A stretch of DNA of 24,000 bases from Bergeyella porcorum (GCF_042427575.1 NZ_JBHMFD010000007.1:44647-68646); one strand, 5' to 3'; numbered from the stretch's first letter, positions 8,521 to 18,236 are shown. The notes: generated from the letters alone by a model not told the origin. Numbers and translations are program-made.

Positions 8521-10032
8521 ATGAGTAAAGTAAGAGTCAGATTTGCTCCAAGCCCTACGGGGCCTCTTCATTTAGGAGGGGTAAGAACCGCCCTGTACGA
8601 TTATCTATTTGCTAAAAATAAAGGTGGCGATTTCGTTCTAAGAATAGAAGATACCGATACCACAAGATATGTAGAAGGTGCAGAAGATTATATTATGGAA
8701 GCCTTAGAGTGGTGTGGCATCATTCCAGATGAAAGCCCTAAACACGGCGGCCCATACGCCCCTTATCGCCAAAGTGAGCGAAGAGCTATCTACAACCAAT
8801 ATACCGAACAAATCCTAAAAACAGATTATGCCTACATTGCCTTTGATACCCCAGAGGAATTGGAAACCATCCGAAAGGAATACGAAGCCAAAGGCGAAGT
8901 GTTTGCCTATAACAACTATACCCGAAACCGACTAAGAAACAGCCTTACCCTTCCCGAGGAAGAAGTGAAAAAACTTTTGGCTGAAAATACCCCTTATGTG
9001 GTTCGTTTTAAGATGCCCGTGGATAGAATCCTTACTTTGGAAGACATCATCCGCGGTACCTTTTCTGTGAATACCGATACATTAGATGATAAGGTCTTAG
9101 TAAAAAATGACGGAATGCCGACCTATCATTTTGCTAACATTATAGACGACCACGAGATGAAAATCTCCCACGTTATCCGTGGTGAAGAGTGGCTACCTTC
9201 CTTAGGCTTGCACATTCTACTCTATGAAGCTATGGGTTGGGAAGCACCACAGTTTGCCCACCTTTCCCTGATTCTAAAGCCAGAAGGCAAAGGAAAACTC
9301 AGCAAAAGAGATGGAGATAAATTTGGATTTCCAGTATTTCCACTCAATTTTACCGACCCTGCCACAGGAAGCGTATCCAAAGGCTATAGAGAAGAAGGCT
9401 ACTTTCCAGAGTCGTTTATCAATTTTCTCACCCTTCTAGGCTGGTCGCCTTCCGAAGACAAAGAAATTCTCTCTTTGGAAGAAATGATTCAGGAATTTGA
9501 CCTCTACAAAGTACACAAAGCAGGAGCCAGATTCAGCAAAGAAAAAGCAGAGTGGTTTAACCAGCAATACCTGCAAAAGAAAACCAATGAAGAGCTATTG
9601 CCACTACTGAAAGACCTTAGCGAAGTGCAGGCTACCAACCTATCAGATGAAACCCTACTCACCATTATTTCCCTGATGAAAGAAAGAGCCACCTTCGTGA
9701 AAGATATTTATAGCAATGGTACTTTCTTCTTTGAAGCTCCTAAATCTTACGATGAAAAGGCTCTGAAAAAAGCTTGGAATGCAGATACCACCCAGCATCT
9801 CTCTGCACTCTGCGATGTTTTAGAGCAAACCGATTTCTCCGCAGATGCCCTTAAAAACGCCATTCACACCTTTGCAGAAAGCCAATCTCTGGGAATGGGC
9901 AAAGTGATGATGCCCCTGCGTTTAACCTTAGTGGGGGAGCTGAAAGGCCCAGATGTACCAGACATTTTAGCCATCTTGGGCAAGGCAGAAAGTTTGGCTC
10001 GTATAAAAAATGCCATCAATCATATCTCATAA
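8521..10032 (+). CDS. gltX: glutamate--tRNA ligase
   Basis: MSKVRVRFAPSPTGPLHLGGVRTALYDYLFAKN..., KMSK-like signature KLSKRDGD. The ATG at 8521 is preferred over track TTG 8497. Confidence 0.97.
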   Translation: MSKVRVRFAPSPTGPLHLGGVRTALYDYLFAKNKGGDFVLRIEDTDTTRYVEGAEDYIMEALEWCGIIPDESPKHGGPYAPYRQSERRAIYNQYTEQILKTDYAYIAFDTPEELETIRKEYEAKGEVFAYNNYTRNRLRNSLTLPEEEVKKLLAENTPYVVRFKMPVDRILTLEDIIRGTFSVNTDTLDDKVLVKNDGMPTYHFANIIDDHEMKISHVIRGEEWLPSLGLHILLYEAMGWEAPQFAHLSLILKPEGKGKLSKRDGDKFGFPVFPLNFTDPATGSVSKGYREEGYFPESFINFLTLLGWSPSEDKEILSLEEMIQEFDLYKVHKAGARFSKEKAEWFNQQYLQKKTNEELLPLLKDLSEVQATNLSDETLLTIISLMKERATFVKDIYSNGTFFFEAPKSYDEKALKKAWNADTTQHLSALCDVLEQTDFSADALKNAIHTFAESQSLGMGKVMMPLRLTLVGELKGPDVPDILAILGKAESLARIKNAINHIS

Positions 10033-10086
10033 GTCCACAATATTTTATAAATTTGGTGGCTTAACAAACTTGAATGAAACCTCAAT

Positions 10087-11043
10087 ATGGAATATTTAGA
10101 ATTTGAATTACCTATAAAAGAATTAATGGAGCAATACCAGACCTGCTCCTTGGTGGGTGAAGAAAGTGGCGTAGATGTTAAATTGGCTTGTAGCCAAATA
10201 GAAGACAAAATCATCCAAAAGAAAAAGGAAATCTATGGCAACCTAACGCCTTGGCAAACGGTACAGCTTTCCAGACACCCTATGCGTCCTTATACCTTAG
10301 ATTATATTAATGGTATTGCAGACAAAGGCTCTTTCCTAGAGCTACACGGCGACCGCTCCTATGCAGATGATGCTGCAATGGTAGGAGGCTTAGCCAAAAT
10401 AGATGGACAAACGGTAATGTTCATTGGAACCCAAAAGGGGCGTACCACCAAAGAACGCCAGCAACGCCGTTTCGGAATGCCCAATCCCGATGGCTACAGA
10501 AAAGCCAATAGACTGATGAAACTAGCTGAGAAATTCAGAATCCCTGTGATTACCTTTATGGATACGCCTGGTGCTTACCCAGGATTGGAAGCAGAGGAAA
10601 GAGGACAAGGAGAGGCCATTGCTAGAAACATCTATGATATGACCCAGCTGAAAACGCCTATCTTTTCCTATGTCATAGGGGAAGGTGCCAGCGGTGGTGC
10701 CTTGGGCATCGGGGTAGGCAACAAGGTCTATATGCTACAATATACTTGGTATTCTGTAATAGCACCAGAAAGCTGCTCTTCTATCCTTTGGAGAAACTGG
10801 GACCACAAAGAAGATGCTGCCAATGCTCTAAAACTAACGCCTAAGGATATGCTGAAACAAAAAATCATAGACGGCATTATAGAAGAGCCTCTGGGCGGGG
10901 CTCATTATGAACCGCAGGTGGCGTATAATAATGTAAAACAATCTATCTTACAAAACATCAAAGCGTTTAGTAAGTTTTCAGAGAAAGAACTCATTGCCCA
11001 AAGACAAGAGAAATTCATTGCAATGGGTGAGTTTAAAGGCTAA
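10087..11043 (+). CDS. accA: acetyl-CoA carboxylase carboxyltransferase subunit alpha
   Basis: [17 protein letters not shown]..., [55 protein letters not shown]. Confidence 0.97.
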   Translation: MEYLEFELPIKELMEQYQTCSLVGEESGVDVKLACSQIEDKIIQKKKEIYGNLTPWQTVQLSRHPMRPYTLDYINGIADKGSFLELHGDRSYADDAAMVGGLAKIDGQTVMFIGTQKGRTTKERQQRRFGMPNPDGYRKANRLMKLAEKFRIPVITFMDTPGAYPGLEAEERGQGEAIARNIYDMTQLKTPIFSYVIGEGASGGALGIGVGNKVYMLQYTWYSVIAPESCSSILWRNWDHKEDAANALKLTPKDMLKQKIIDGIIEEPLGGAHYEPQVAYNNVKQSILQNIKAFSKFSEKELIAQRQEKFIAMGEFKG

Positions 11044-11063
11044 CCTTTTTCATTTTTTACACG

Positions 11064-11109
11064 AAAGCAGAAATTCTTAACCAATTTAATTAAGATTTCT
11101 GCTTTTTTT
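11064..11109 (+). terminator. Rho-independent terminator after accA
   Basis: AAAGCAGAAAT(T)CTTAA / TTAAGATTTCTGCTTT with one bulged T, followed by TTTT. Confidence 0.8.
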
Positions 11110-11126
11110 ATTCAGTCCTTTCTCTA

Positions 11127-11699
11127 TTATCTATGAGTACTAACAGCATTGAGGGCGATTTCCATATCTTTTTGGAGGTTTTTCACCTCAGAGTATTTTG
11201 CATCGCATACCATAGTGGTAATGGTATAAGACCCTTTGGGAAGTAAGATATAGTTGCTATTAGCTGCTGGAACCGTCAGATTATAAAACTTTTTCCCACT
11301 GATTTTCACTAAAAGATTACATTTAGAAAGATTTTTGATATGGATATAAGCTTCTTTCTTTGCTGGGTCATTATTGAACAAATGCGTCAGTAGCTCTGCT
11401 GTTTTTTTATTCTCACCACTTACTTCTCCTCTATTTTTAGCATCACCTTTGGCACTTGCAGCAGATGTTTTTTTCTGCATCAGAGTTATCGTAGGCTTTG
11501 CTATTTCTGGATTGCCACCATTCAGCATTGCATAGAGTTTCCTCTTAAATTCAGGCGTTTTAGGATGGTTGGGATTATTCTTGATAAAGTTGGCAACCAC
11601 CTTTACATCATTAGTTTTTTCTACTTGCTCTACCGTATAATTCTGAGAATAAACAAGACCACTCGCTCCCAACAATAGTATTAAAAGAAACTTTTTCAT
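11127..11699 (-). CDS. hypothetical secreted protein
   Basis: MKKFLLILLLGASGLVYSQNYTVEQVEKTNDVKVVANFIKNNPNHPKT...; clear Sec signal peptide, C-terminal ~75-aa domain (KNLSKCNLLVKISGKKFYNLTVPAANSNYILLPKGSYTITTMVCDAKY). Confidence 0.75.
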   Translation of the reverse strand: MKKFLLILLLGASGLVYSQNYTVEQVEKTNDVKVVANFIKNNPNHPKTPEFKRKLYAMLNGGNPEIAKPTITLMQKKTSAASAKGDAKNRGEVSGENKKTAELLTHLFNNDPAKKEAYIHIKNLSKCNLLVKISGKKFYNLTVPAANSNYILLPKGSYTITTMVCDAKYSEVKNLQKDMEIALNAVSTHR

Positions 11700-11762
11700 C
11701 ACCAATAAAATTTTATGGTTATCTAACGCAGAAATTCCATTTTTAGTTTACATAGATTTTAT

Positions 11763-11770
11763 TATCTTTG
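11763..11770 (+). promoter_or_regulatory. candidate -7 element for tsf
   Basis: TATCTTTG matches TAnnTTTG; no clear -33 TTG in the expected place. Confidence 0.45.
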
Positions 11771-11825
11771 CAAGGCTCAAAAAAGGGGCATAATAGAATC
11801 TTTTTTAATAAAAAACATTAAAAAT

Positions 11826-12794
11826 ATGTACACACCAGTAGCTGCAGATGTAGCAAAACTAAGAAACACAACAGGTGCAGGGATGATGGACTGCAAAAAA
11901 GCTCTTGTAGAAGCAGAGGGAGATTTTGACAAAGCAATTGAAATCCTTAGAAAAAAAGGACAAAAAGTAGCTGCTAACAGAGCTGATAGAGAGTCTTCTG
12001 AAGGCGCTGTAATTGCAAAAGTAAATGCTGATAACACCAAAGGTGCTGTCATCTCTTTGAACTGCGAGACCGATTTCGTAGCTAAAGGAGAAGCTTTCAT
12101 CAAATTGGCTAATGATTTGGCTGAAAAAGCTCTTGAGTTCTCTACAAAAGAAGAATTATTGGCTTCTGACTATGAGGGAATTTCTGTTTCTGAAAAACTT
12201 ATCGAGCAAACAGGAGTTATCGGAGAGAAAATTGAAATCGGTGCTTTTGAAAAAATCGAAGGACCTTTCTTGGGTGCTTACATCCACGCAGGAAACAAGA
12301 TTGCTGCTATTACCGCTCTTTCTGCTAATGTAGAAGGTGGTGCAGAGGCTGCAAGAAATATCTCTATGCAAGTGGCTTCTATGAGCCCTGAGGTGCTTTC
12401 TTACAAAGAATTTTCTCCAGAGTTTGTAGCAGCAGAGACAGACGCTCGTATCGCTACAATCCAGAAAGATAATGAGGAATTGGTGCGTCTTGGTAAGCCA
12501 TTGAAAAATGTACCTAAATATGTTTCTTACTCTCAATTATCAGAAGAAGTATTGAAGCAAGCAGAAGAAGATGCTAAAGCTGAATTGAAAGCTGAAGGTA
12601 AGCCAGAGCAAATCTGGGATAAAATCTTACCTGGTAAGTTGCAAAGATTCATCAGCGATAACACTTCACTTGACCAAGAGAAAGCCCTTCTTGACCAAAA
12701 CTACATCAAAGATGGAGATTTGAAAGTGGCTGATTATGTGAAATCTGTAAACCCAGAATTGGAAGTAGTGAAATTTGTAAGAGTTTCTTTGTAA
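11826..12794 (+). CDS. tsf: translation elongation factor Ts
   Basis: MYTPVAADVAKLRNTTGAGMMDCKKALVEAEGDFDKAIEILRKKG..., NCETDFVA motif. Confidence 0.98.
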   Translation: MYTPVAADVAKLRNTTGAGMMDCKKALVEAEGDFDKAIEILRKKGQKVAANRADRESSEGAVIAKVNADNTKGAVISLNCETDFVAKGEAFIKLANDLAEKALEFSTKEELLASDYEGISVSEKLIEQTGVIGEKIEIGAFEKIEGPFLGAYIHAGNKIAAITALSANVEGGAEAARNISMQVASMSPEVLSYKEFSPEFVAAETDARIATIQKDNEELVRLGKPLKNVPKYVSYSQLSEEVLKQAEEDAKAELKAEGKPEQIWDKILPGKLQRFISDNTSLDQEKALLDQNYIKDGDLKVADYVKSVNPELEVVKFVRVSL

Positions 12795-12818
12795 TTAGTA
12801 ATATTAAAACATACTATA

Positions 12819-12851
12819 AAAAACGCTGTCGAAAGATGGCGTTTTTATTTT
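12819..12851 (+). terminator. Rho-independent terminator after tsf
   Basis: 12-bp stem AAAAACGCTGTC / GATGGCGTTTTT with a GAAA tetraloop, followed by ATTTTTT. Confidence 0.85.
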
Positions 12852-12890
12852 TTATATTCTCTACATTTGCATAGATTTAACCCATCTTGT

Positions 12891-15539
12891 ATGAAACGCA
12901 TTCTATCTATACTTCTCTACATCATTTCGCTATGGTCTTTTGCTCAGATGGATACAGAGCATTGGCTAGCTCCTTTTGCAAAATCATCTTCCGCTGATAC
13001 TTCTGGTGAAGCTCAGTATCTCTATTTATCTACTGATACAACTACTCCTTTTACAGTAAATATCTACAACAATAATACCCTAATCAACCAAATCTTCATC
13101 AGCAAAGGGAATCCTGGCATTGTCTATATTGATGAGGCATTAATGACTGCTATTTCAAATTCTGAAAAATCTGTCGTAGGCAAGAAAGGACTACATCTGG
13201 TGGCTGACCACAAATTTTTTGCACACTATCGCTTTGTAATGACCAGTCAAGCCGAGATTGTCACCTCTAAAGGCAAGGCAGGATTGGGGACAGAGTTCTT
13301 TGTATATACTCCTGAGAACACCGCCCGCACCAGAGGAGACAATGATATTGCCAACTCTACGGTAGGTATCATTGCCACAGAAAACAATACCACCATTACC
13401 ATTGATAATTTTCAGAATTCTGGAAGATTCACCAATGGGAGTAGCTTCACCACCTCTACTGCTTTTAGCATTACACTCAACCGAGGTGAATCCTATGTTT
13501 TAGAATGTTTAGGAAGTTCCTCCTTGCAAGGGATTAGTGGTGCAAGAATCACCTCTGATAAAGCCATTTCAATTTCCAATGGTTCCTATTACAATGTTGC
13601 CCTTAATGGGAGTAATGTAGATGTTTTTATGGACCAAGCAATTCCCATTGAAAGGTTAGGACATCAATACATTGCCGTAAAGGGAAATGGAGGCTTAGTC
13701 GCAGAAATGGAACGTGTTGCTGTAATGGCTACAGAAGATAATACCAATATTTACATTAATGGCAGTGCTAGTCCCATCAATATTGCTAAAAAAGGCGAAA
13801 CTTACGTTATAGAGAGTGCATATTACCATCAGGCTAGTGCCTCTTCAGATGCGTACAGCATATTTATAAACTCCGATCAAAAAATCTACACTTACCAACT
13901 CCTTACAGGGACAGATGATGGCACTGGTCTATACTCTTATGCTTCTGGAGGAATGAATATCCTCCCACCTCTATTATGCCTTTTACCCAATAGCATCAAT
14001 GAATTTGCTTATGTCAACGAAATCGGTGGCAACACCTTCAATACCAGAATGAACATCATCACCGAAAAAGGAGCTACTGTAAAAATCAATGGAAATACAT
14101 TAGGAAGCAGCTATGGTCCATTTGCGGTACAAGGTAATAGTGATTGGGAGTTTTATGTGTACCCAAACATTGCTGGAAATATTACCATAGAATCCACAAA
14201 AGCAGTAACTGCGGGAATTGCCGCTGGAAACCAAGCCGTAGGGTATGGAGGTTACTTTGCGGGGTTCAATTCTAACCCCGTAATAGCTAAAGGAGGAACT
14301 TGCGAAGATGGCACCGTAACCTTAGAAGTAGATGATAGCTATGATGACTACCAATGGTATATCAGTTCAACTGAAAACGGCATCTATACAGAATATACCG
14401 GTGAAGGAGCTAACACCTACAAAATCACACCTAATAGCGTGGGCTATTATTACGTTATCATCAAAAAAAATTCCACTTCTTGCAATGATGAATACCAGTC
14501 TCCTATCTTCAAGGTAGATTCTTGTCCTATTGACTCTTCCATTAGCCTTGAAATTGGAGAGTGTGGTACTACCATTACACCGGCTTTTTCTAGTTCTACC
14601 CAGCAGGTCAATCCTGCCTCTATTACAATATCCACACCTCCTAGCAATGGAACTGTTATTATAGATTCTTCTGGAAATATTGTTTACACCCCATCTTCTA
14701 ATACCGTTACTACAGATTCCTTTATATATTATATAGAAGGAATTCACGCAGACTTTCCAGATAAAGAATACATTACGGTAAATCTCTCCATAAAGGATAT
14801 CAATAGGTCTAATGTGGAAATTTTAGCCTGTGCAGATGATGATGGAATGGGACTTTATGACCTTTCTTCTGTAAATGTTTCTACCGATACTAATGTAACC
14901 ATCTCTTATTTTGAGAGTTTAGAAAATGCTAGATTAAATATCAATGCAATACTCAATTTTAGTACTTATCATACAGCTCCTAAAACGGTCTATGCCAGAA
15001 TAGAAGATGCTTTCTCTTGCTACGCCATAGCAGAGATTGTACTCAAAACTATAGAGACTCCAACCATTACTAGTGCAATAGTTTCCCACTCTACCCTTAC
15101 CATCACCGCCTCTGGAGGTACGCCACCATATCAATATTCGTGGTCGGGACTCAACGGTAGTTTCGTAGAATACAATACTTTTTCTAACATTCCTTTAGGT
15201 GTTTTTACAGCGTATGTTGCAGATGCTAATGGCTGTACGATTGTTTCAAAAGAATTTATCAATCTTAATCTTATCAATACCATTACCCCTAACGGCGATG
15301 GCATTAATGAAATTTTAGACTATTCCCAGTTAAACATTAAAAAAGCTGTGAAAATTCAAGTCTTTGACCGCTATGGCAAACTTGTTTTCACCAACCGAGA
15401 AGGACAACTCACTTGGGATGGGAAGAGCAACGGCAGAGTAGTTTCCACGGGAACCTATTGGTATCTCCTCAGCTGGATAGAGCCTGATACGCAAGAGGCG
15501 AAGCAATATCAAAGCTGGATTGTAGTGAAAAATCAATAA
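12891..15539 (+). CDS. large secreted protein with IgGFc-binding-like N-terminal region and gliding-motility-associated C-terminal (T9SS type B sorting) domain
   Basis: Signal peptide MKRILSILLYIISLWSFAQ; TEDNTNIYINGSASPINIAKKGETYVIES-type repeats; C-terminus ITPNGDGINEILDYSQLNIKKAVKIQVFDRYGKLVFTNREGQLTWDGKSNGRVVSTGTYWYLLSW. ATG 12891 preferred over TTG 12867. Confidence 0.88.
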   Translation: MKRILSILLYIISLWSFAQMDTEHWLAPFAKSSSADTSGEAQYLYLSTDTTTPFTVNIYNNNTLINQIFISKGNPGIVYIDEALMTAISNSEKSVVGKKGLHLVADHKFFAHYRFVMTSQAEIVTSKGKAGLGTEFFVYTPENTARTRGDNDIANSTVGIIATENNTTITIDNFQNSGRFTNGSSFTTSTAFSITLNRGESYVLECLGSSSLQGISGARITSDKAISISNGSYYNVALNGSNVDVFMDQAIPIERLGHQYIAVKGNGGLVAEMERVAVMATEDNTNIYINGSASPINIAKKGETYVIESAYYHQASASSDAYSIFINSDQKIYTYQLLTGTDDGTGLYSYASGGMNILPPLLCLLPNSINEFAYVNEIGGNTFNTRMNIITEKGATVKINGNTLGSSYGPFAVQGNSDWEFYVYPNIAGNITIESTKAVTAGIAAGNQAVGYGGYFAGFNSNPVIAKGGTCEDGTVTLEVDDSYDDYQWYISSTENGIYTEYTGEGANTYKITPNSVGYYYVIIKKNSTSCNDEYQSPIFKVDSCPIDSSISLEIGECGTTITPAFSSSTQQVNPASITISTPPSNGTVIIDSSGNIVYTPSSNTVTTDSFIYYIEGIHADFPDKEYITVNLSIKDINRSNVEILACADDDGMGLYDLSSVNVSTDTNVTISYFESLENARLNINAILNFSTYHTAPKTVYARIEDAFSCYAIAEIVLKTIETPTITSAIVSHSTLTITASGGTPPYQYSWSGLNGSFVEYNTFSNIPLGVFTAYVADANGCTIVSKEFINLNLINTITPNGDGINEILDYSQLNIKKAVKIQVFDRYGKLVFTNREGQLTWDGKSNGRVVSTGTYWYLLSWIEPDTQEAKQYQSWIVVKNQ

Positions 15540-15604
15540 TCTCTTTTTTTAAAAAAAATTGGCGATTTTTAATAAAACTTTAACCTCTTTCCCACATCTA
15601 AACC

Positions 15605-15631
15605 GTAGGCATTACTATAATTAATGCCTAC
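15605..15631. promoter_or_regulatory. perfect inverted repeat (candidate operator) overlapping a -7 element
   Basis: GTAGGCATTA-CTATAAT-TAATGCCTAC; right arm shares bases with TACTTTTG (15629-15636). Confidence 0.5.
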
Positions 15632-15644
15632 TTTTGTAAATCTT

Positions 15645-16451
15645 ATGAGGTTAATTTTTATTTTAATTTTGGGATTTTCCATTACAATGGTGAAGGCACA
15701 GGTTTTTTCTGGGCAAGTATTTATGCGTGAAAATACCACGCTCCATCTCAACCAATTGTTTGTTACCAATATTACCACACAAAAAACAGTATTGTCCAAC
15801 TACAATGGAGAGTTTAAAATTCACGCGAAAGTGGGCGATGTGATACGCTTTACCTCCATCATCACAGAACGCACCGATGTAAAAATTACCGAAAAGCTTC
15901 TGGAAAATACAATGAATTTCATAGAGCTGAAACCTGCCTACCACGAGATACAAGAGGTCATCATCGGCTGGCGACCAACGGGCAATCTGAGACGCGATGT
16001 TACCACCCTGAAGGATAGCAAAAGAAAAATGGAAATAGCCAGCATCATTGGACTTCCAGCTCCCAAAGGTGATGGCACCTCTCCCACCGAACCTATTGCA
16101 GGGTTTCAGAATGGCGGCTTTTCTCTGAGCATTGATGGCATCTACGACCTTATCTCTGGAGAACGAAAGAAAAAACAACGCCTCTATGAATACGAAAAAA
16201 TGATGTCTGTAACCAAAAAAATTAAAAACTATTTTGGAGAAGACTATTTCGTAAAGCTTAAAATCCCGAAGAATATGATAGATAATTTTCTTCAATTCGT
16301 CTATTCTTCAGATAATATTTTGGCATTAGTAGAAGGCAAAAATATGGAAGCTACCCAAGTTTATATTGAAAAATACCTACCTATTTACCTCAAACGATTG
16401 CGACAATCTAATATGATGGGACTAGGAGAAGATGTCAATAAAAACCCTTAA
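15645..16451 (+). CDS. secreted carboxypeptidase-regulatory-like domain protein
   Basis: MRLIFILILGFSITMVKAQVFSGQVFMRENTTLHLNQLFVTNITTQKTVLSNYNGEFKIHAKVGDVIRFTSIITERTDVKIT..., the CarboxypepD_reg-like N-terminal fold pattern common in Bacteroidota. Start moved from track 15624. Confidence 0.72.
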   Translation: MRLIFILILGFSITMVKAQVFSGQVFMRENTTLHLNQLFVTNITTQKTVLSNYNGEFKIHAKVGDVIRFTSIITERTDVKITEKLLENTMNFIELKPAYHEIQEVIIGWRPTGNLRRDVTTLKDSKRKMEIASIIGLPAPKGDGTSPTEPIAGFQNGGFSLSIDGIYDLISGERKKKQRLYEYEKMMSVTKKIKNYFGEDYFVKLKIPKNMIDNFLQFVYSSDNILALVEGKNMEATQVYIEKYLPIYLKRLRQSNMMGLGEDVNKNP

Positions 16452-16477
16452 ATTTGTGGCTTTGTAATAACAATCTA

Positions 16478-17158
16478 ATGGGAAAGAAAAATAAACTCGC
16501 TCGCTTTGCCGAAAATAAAATATTACCCAATGTCATCCAGCCTACCAGAGAAGAAGCCCTTAGCGGTTTTGAGCTCAAAGGACAATGGAGAGAACGCATT
16601 TTCAAAAACGAAAATCCTATTGTATTAGAATTGGGCTGTGGCAAGGGAGAATACACTGTGGGACTGGCAGAAGCTTTTCCTGATAAAAACTTTATCGGAA
16701 TAGACATTAAAGGGGCTAGGTTTTGGTTTGGTGCCAAAGATGCTATCGCCAAAAACCTTAGCAACGCTTGCTTCCTTAGAACTCAAATAGAATTGGTAGA
16801 TTGCTTTTTTGAGGAAAATGAAGTAGATGAAATCTGGATTACCTTTCCAGACCCGCAGATTAAATACCGCCGTACCAAACACCGACTGACGCACCCAGAT
16901 TTCCTTAATCGCTATAAGAAAATATTGAAAAAGGATGGCATCATCCATCTGAAAACCGACTCAGAATTTCTCCACGGTTATACTTTGGGCTTATTACAAG
17001 GTATGGGATACGAGATTCTTACTGCCCACCACGATATCTACGGCGCTCCAGAATATAGCCCTGATACACCACTACTAAAGGATATCCAGACCTATTACGA
17101 AGGCTTATTTTCTGCCAAAGGAAAAACCATTACTTATATTAAATTTAGGATTAAATAG
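16478..17158 (+). CDS. trmB: tRNA (guanosine(46)-N7)-methyltransferase
   Basis: PIVLELGCGKGEYTVGLAEAFPDKNFIGIDIKGARFWFGAKDA..., EIWITFPDPQIKYRRTKHRLTHPDFL. Confidence 0.95.
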   Translation: MGKKNKLARFAENKILPNVIQPTREEALSGFELKGQWRERIFKNENPIVLELGCGKGEYTVGLAEAFPDKNFIGIDIKGARFWFGAKDAIAKNLSNACFLRTQIELVDCFFEENEVDEIWITFPDPQIKYRRTKHRLTHPDFLNRYKKILKKDGIIHLKTDSEFLHGYTLGLLQGMGYEILTAHHDIYGAPEYSPDTPLLKDIQTYYEGLFSAKGKTITYIKFRIK

Positions 17159-17198
17159 TTGAATATATCTTTTCTTTAAAAATTCGGAACTGCAAAAA

Positions 17199-17393
17199 AT
17201 GATGACCTCCAACCCAGAAAATATCCAAGAAGTCTATGATAGTATTATCGCAGAGAAGTTTGAAATGGAGAAAAAACTCATCATTCAAGAACTGAGAAAA
17301 TACGGCATCTACTCCGTTTATACCGCTCCAGAAAACCTGAATATAGAAGTGATTAACCAATACCTACAAATCAAAGCAAGAGGAATATTGTAG
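17199..17393 (+). pseudogene. 64-aa ORF, possible C-terminal remnant of a larger protein or a free-standing small protein
   Basis: MMTSNPENIQEVYDSIIAEKFEMEKKLIIQELRKYGIYSVYTAPENLNIEVINQYLQIKARGIL; wording resembles the tail of Bacteroidota DUF58-type proteins (recollection, not searched). Confidence 0.35.
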
Positions 17394-17433
17394 AGGAACG
17401 AATGTTGCAATAAAAAACATCAAAAAAAACACA

Positions 17434-17667
17434 ATGAACGCTAAACGAGAACATTACTATACTAATGATGAAATCACCATCGTGTGGCGACCAGAGCTAT
17501 GCCAGCACTCAGGGATATGTGTGAAAACCCTGCCACAGGTCTATCGCCCTAAGGAAAAACCTTGGATGATCATAGAAAACGCAACCTCCGAAGAATTGAT
17601 AGCACAGGTGGCACTATGCCCATCACGAGCGTTGAGCATCAAGAAAAATAAAAAGAAACGCTCATAA
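17434..17667 (+). CDS. YjdI-like (4Fe-4S) mono-cluster protein
   Basis: IVWRPELCQHSGICVKTLPQVYRPKEKPWMIIENATSEELIAQVALCPSRALSI; Cys pattern and 'CPSGAL'-like motif of the Fer4_19/YjdI family. Confidence 0.85.
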   Translation: MNAKREHYYTNDEITIVWRPELCQHSGICVKTLPQVYRPKEKPWMIIENATSEELIAQVALCPSRALSIKKNKKKRS

Positions 17668-17694
17668 AGATATAGCCCACTTCTGCGAACATCT

Positions 17695-17730
17695 ACTCTG
17701 CCCATCTGATGGATTGGGTAGAGTTTTTTT
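17695..17730 (+). terminator. Rho-independent terminator after the Fe-S gene
   Basis: ACTCTGCCCA (17695-17704) / TGGGTAGAGT (17715-17724) with one G.T wobble, then TTTTTT. Confidence 0.75.
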
Positions 17731-17813
17731 ATGGCTTTGTTTTCAGATTTTACACTCATTCCTTCCTCTTTCTTTCTTATCCTACATCAATGCAGTGGCG
17801 GTATTCCTTAGCG

Positions 17814-17821
17814 TACCTTTG
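17814..17821 (+). promoter_or_regulatory. candidate -7 element for the 17844 gene
   Basis: TACCTTTG matches TAnnTTTG, 22 bp upstream of ATG 17844. Confidence 0.4.
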
Positions 17822-17843
17822 CACTACAAAATGAGAGAATAAG

Positions 17844-18236
17844 ATGAAAAAGAATGTAATTTTAAATGTTGTGACAAGAAACAATAACATCGCAACTCAA
17901 GTGGTGCAAAAAGACAGAAATACCCACTACGAATTTGTAAACGAAGTGGAAACGGCAATAGAAAAACTTCATCAGTTGCCTATAAGAGCCATCCTTTTAG
18001 ACCAAGAATTACCTTTGGAAGAGCAAGAAAAAATCAATAAAATAGGAAAAGTGCTTCACGAAGGATTGCCAATAGCAACTGCCGATTTCCTTAATGCTGA
18101 ACGCTTTTCGGAAACGGTGCAAGAGCTGAAAAGAGCCGTAGTAAAACAGAATATGAAGAAATACGAGTTTGAAGACAACCCCAACCTCAACAATCCATTT
18201 CTGAATATGAACAGAACCCAATGCTCCTTGAGCTAA
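17844..18236 (+). CDS. hypothetical protein (130 aa)
   Basis: MKKNVILNVVTRNNNIATQVVQKDRNTHYEFVNEVETAIEKLHQLPIRAILLDQELPLEEQEKINKIGKVLHEGLPIATADFLNAERFSETVQEL...; complete ORF, co-directional with pirin. Confidence 0.7.
   Translation: MKKNVILNVVTRNNNIATQVVQKDRNTHYEFVNEVETAIEKLHQLPIRAILLDQELPLEEQEKINKIGKVLHEGLPIATADFLNAERFSETVQELKRAVVKQNMKKYEFEDNPNLNNPFLNMNRTQCSLS

Noticed and set aside
11777-12536. Minus-strand ORFs 11777..12103 and 12156..12536
   Set aside because: Antisense to tsf, whose sense translation is clearly EF-Ts.
14332-15536. Several short ORFs overlapping the T9SS protein gene on both strands
   Set aside because: Embedded in a continuous 882-aa sense frame with clear domain sequence; composition consistent with shadow frames.
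15663-16295. 210-aa minus-strand ORF
   Set aside because: Antisense to the 15645..16451 gene, which has a signal peptide and a promoter-like element.
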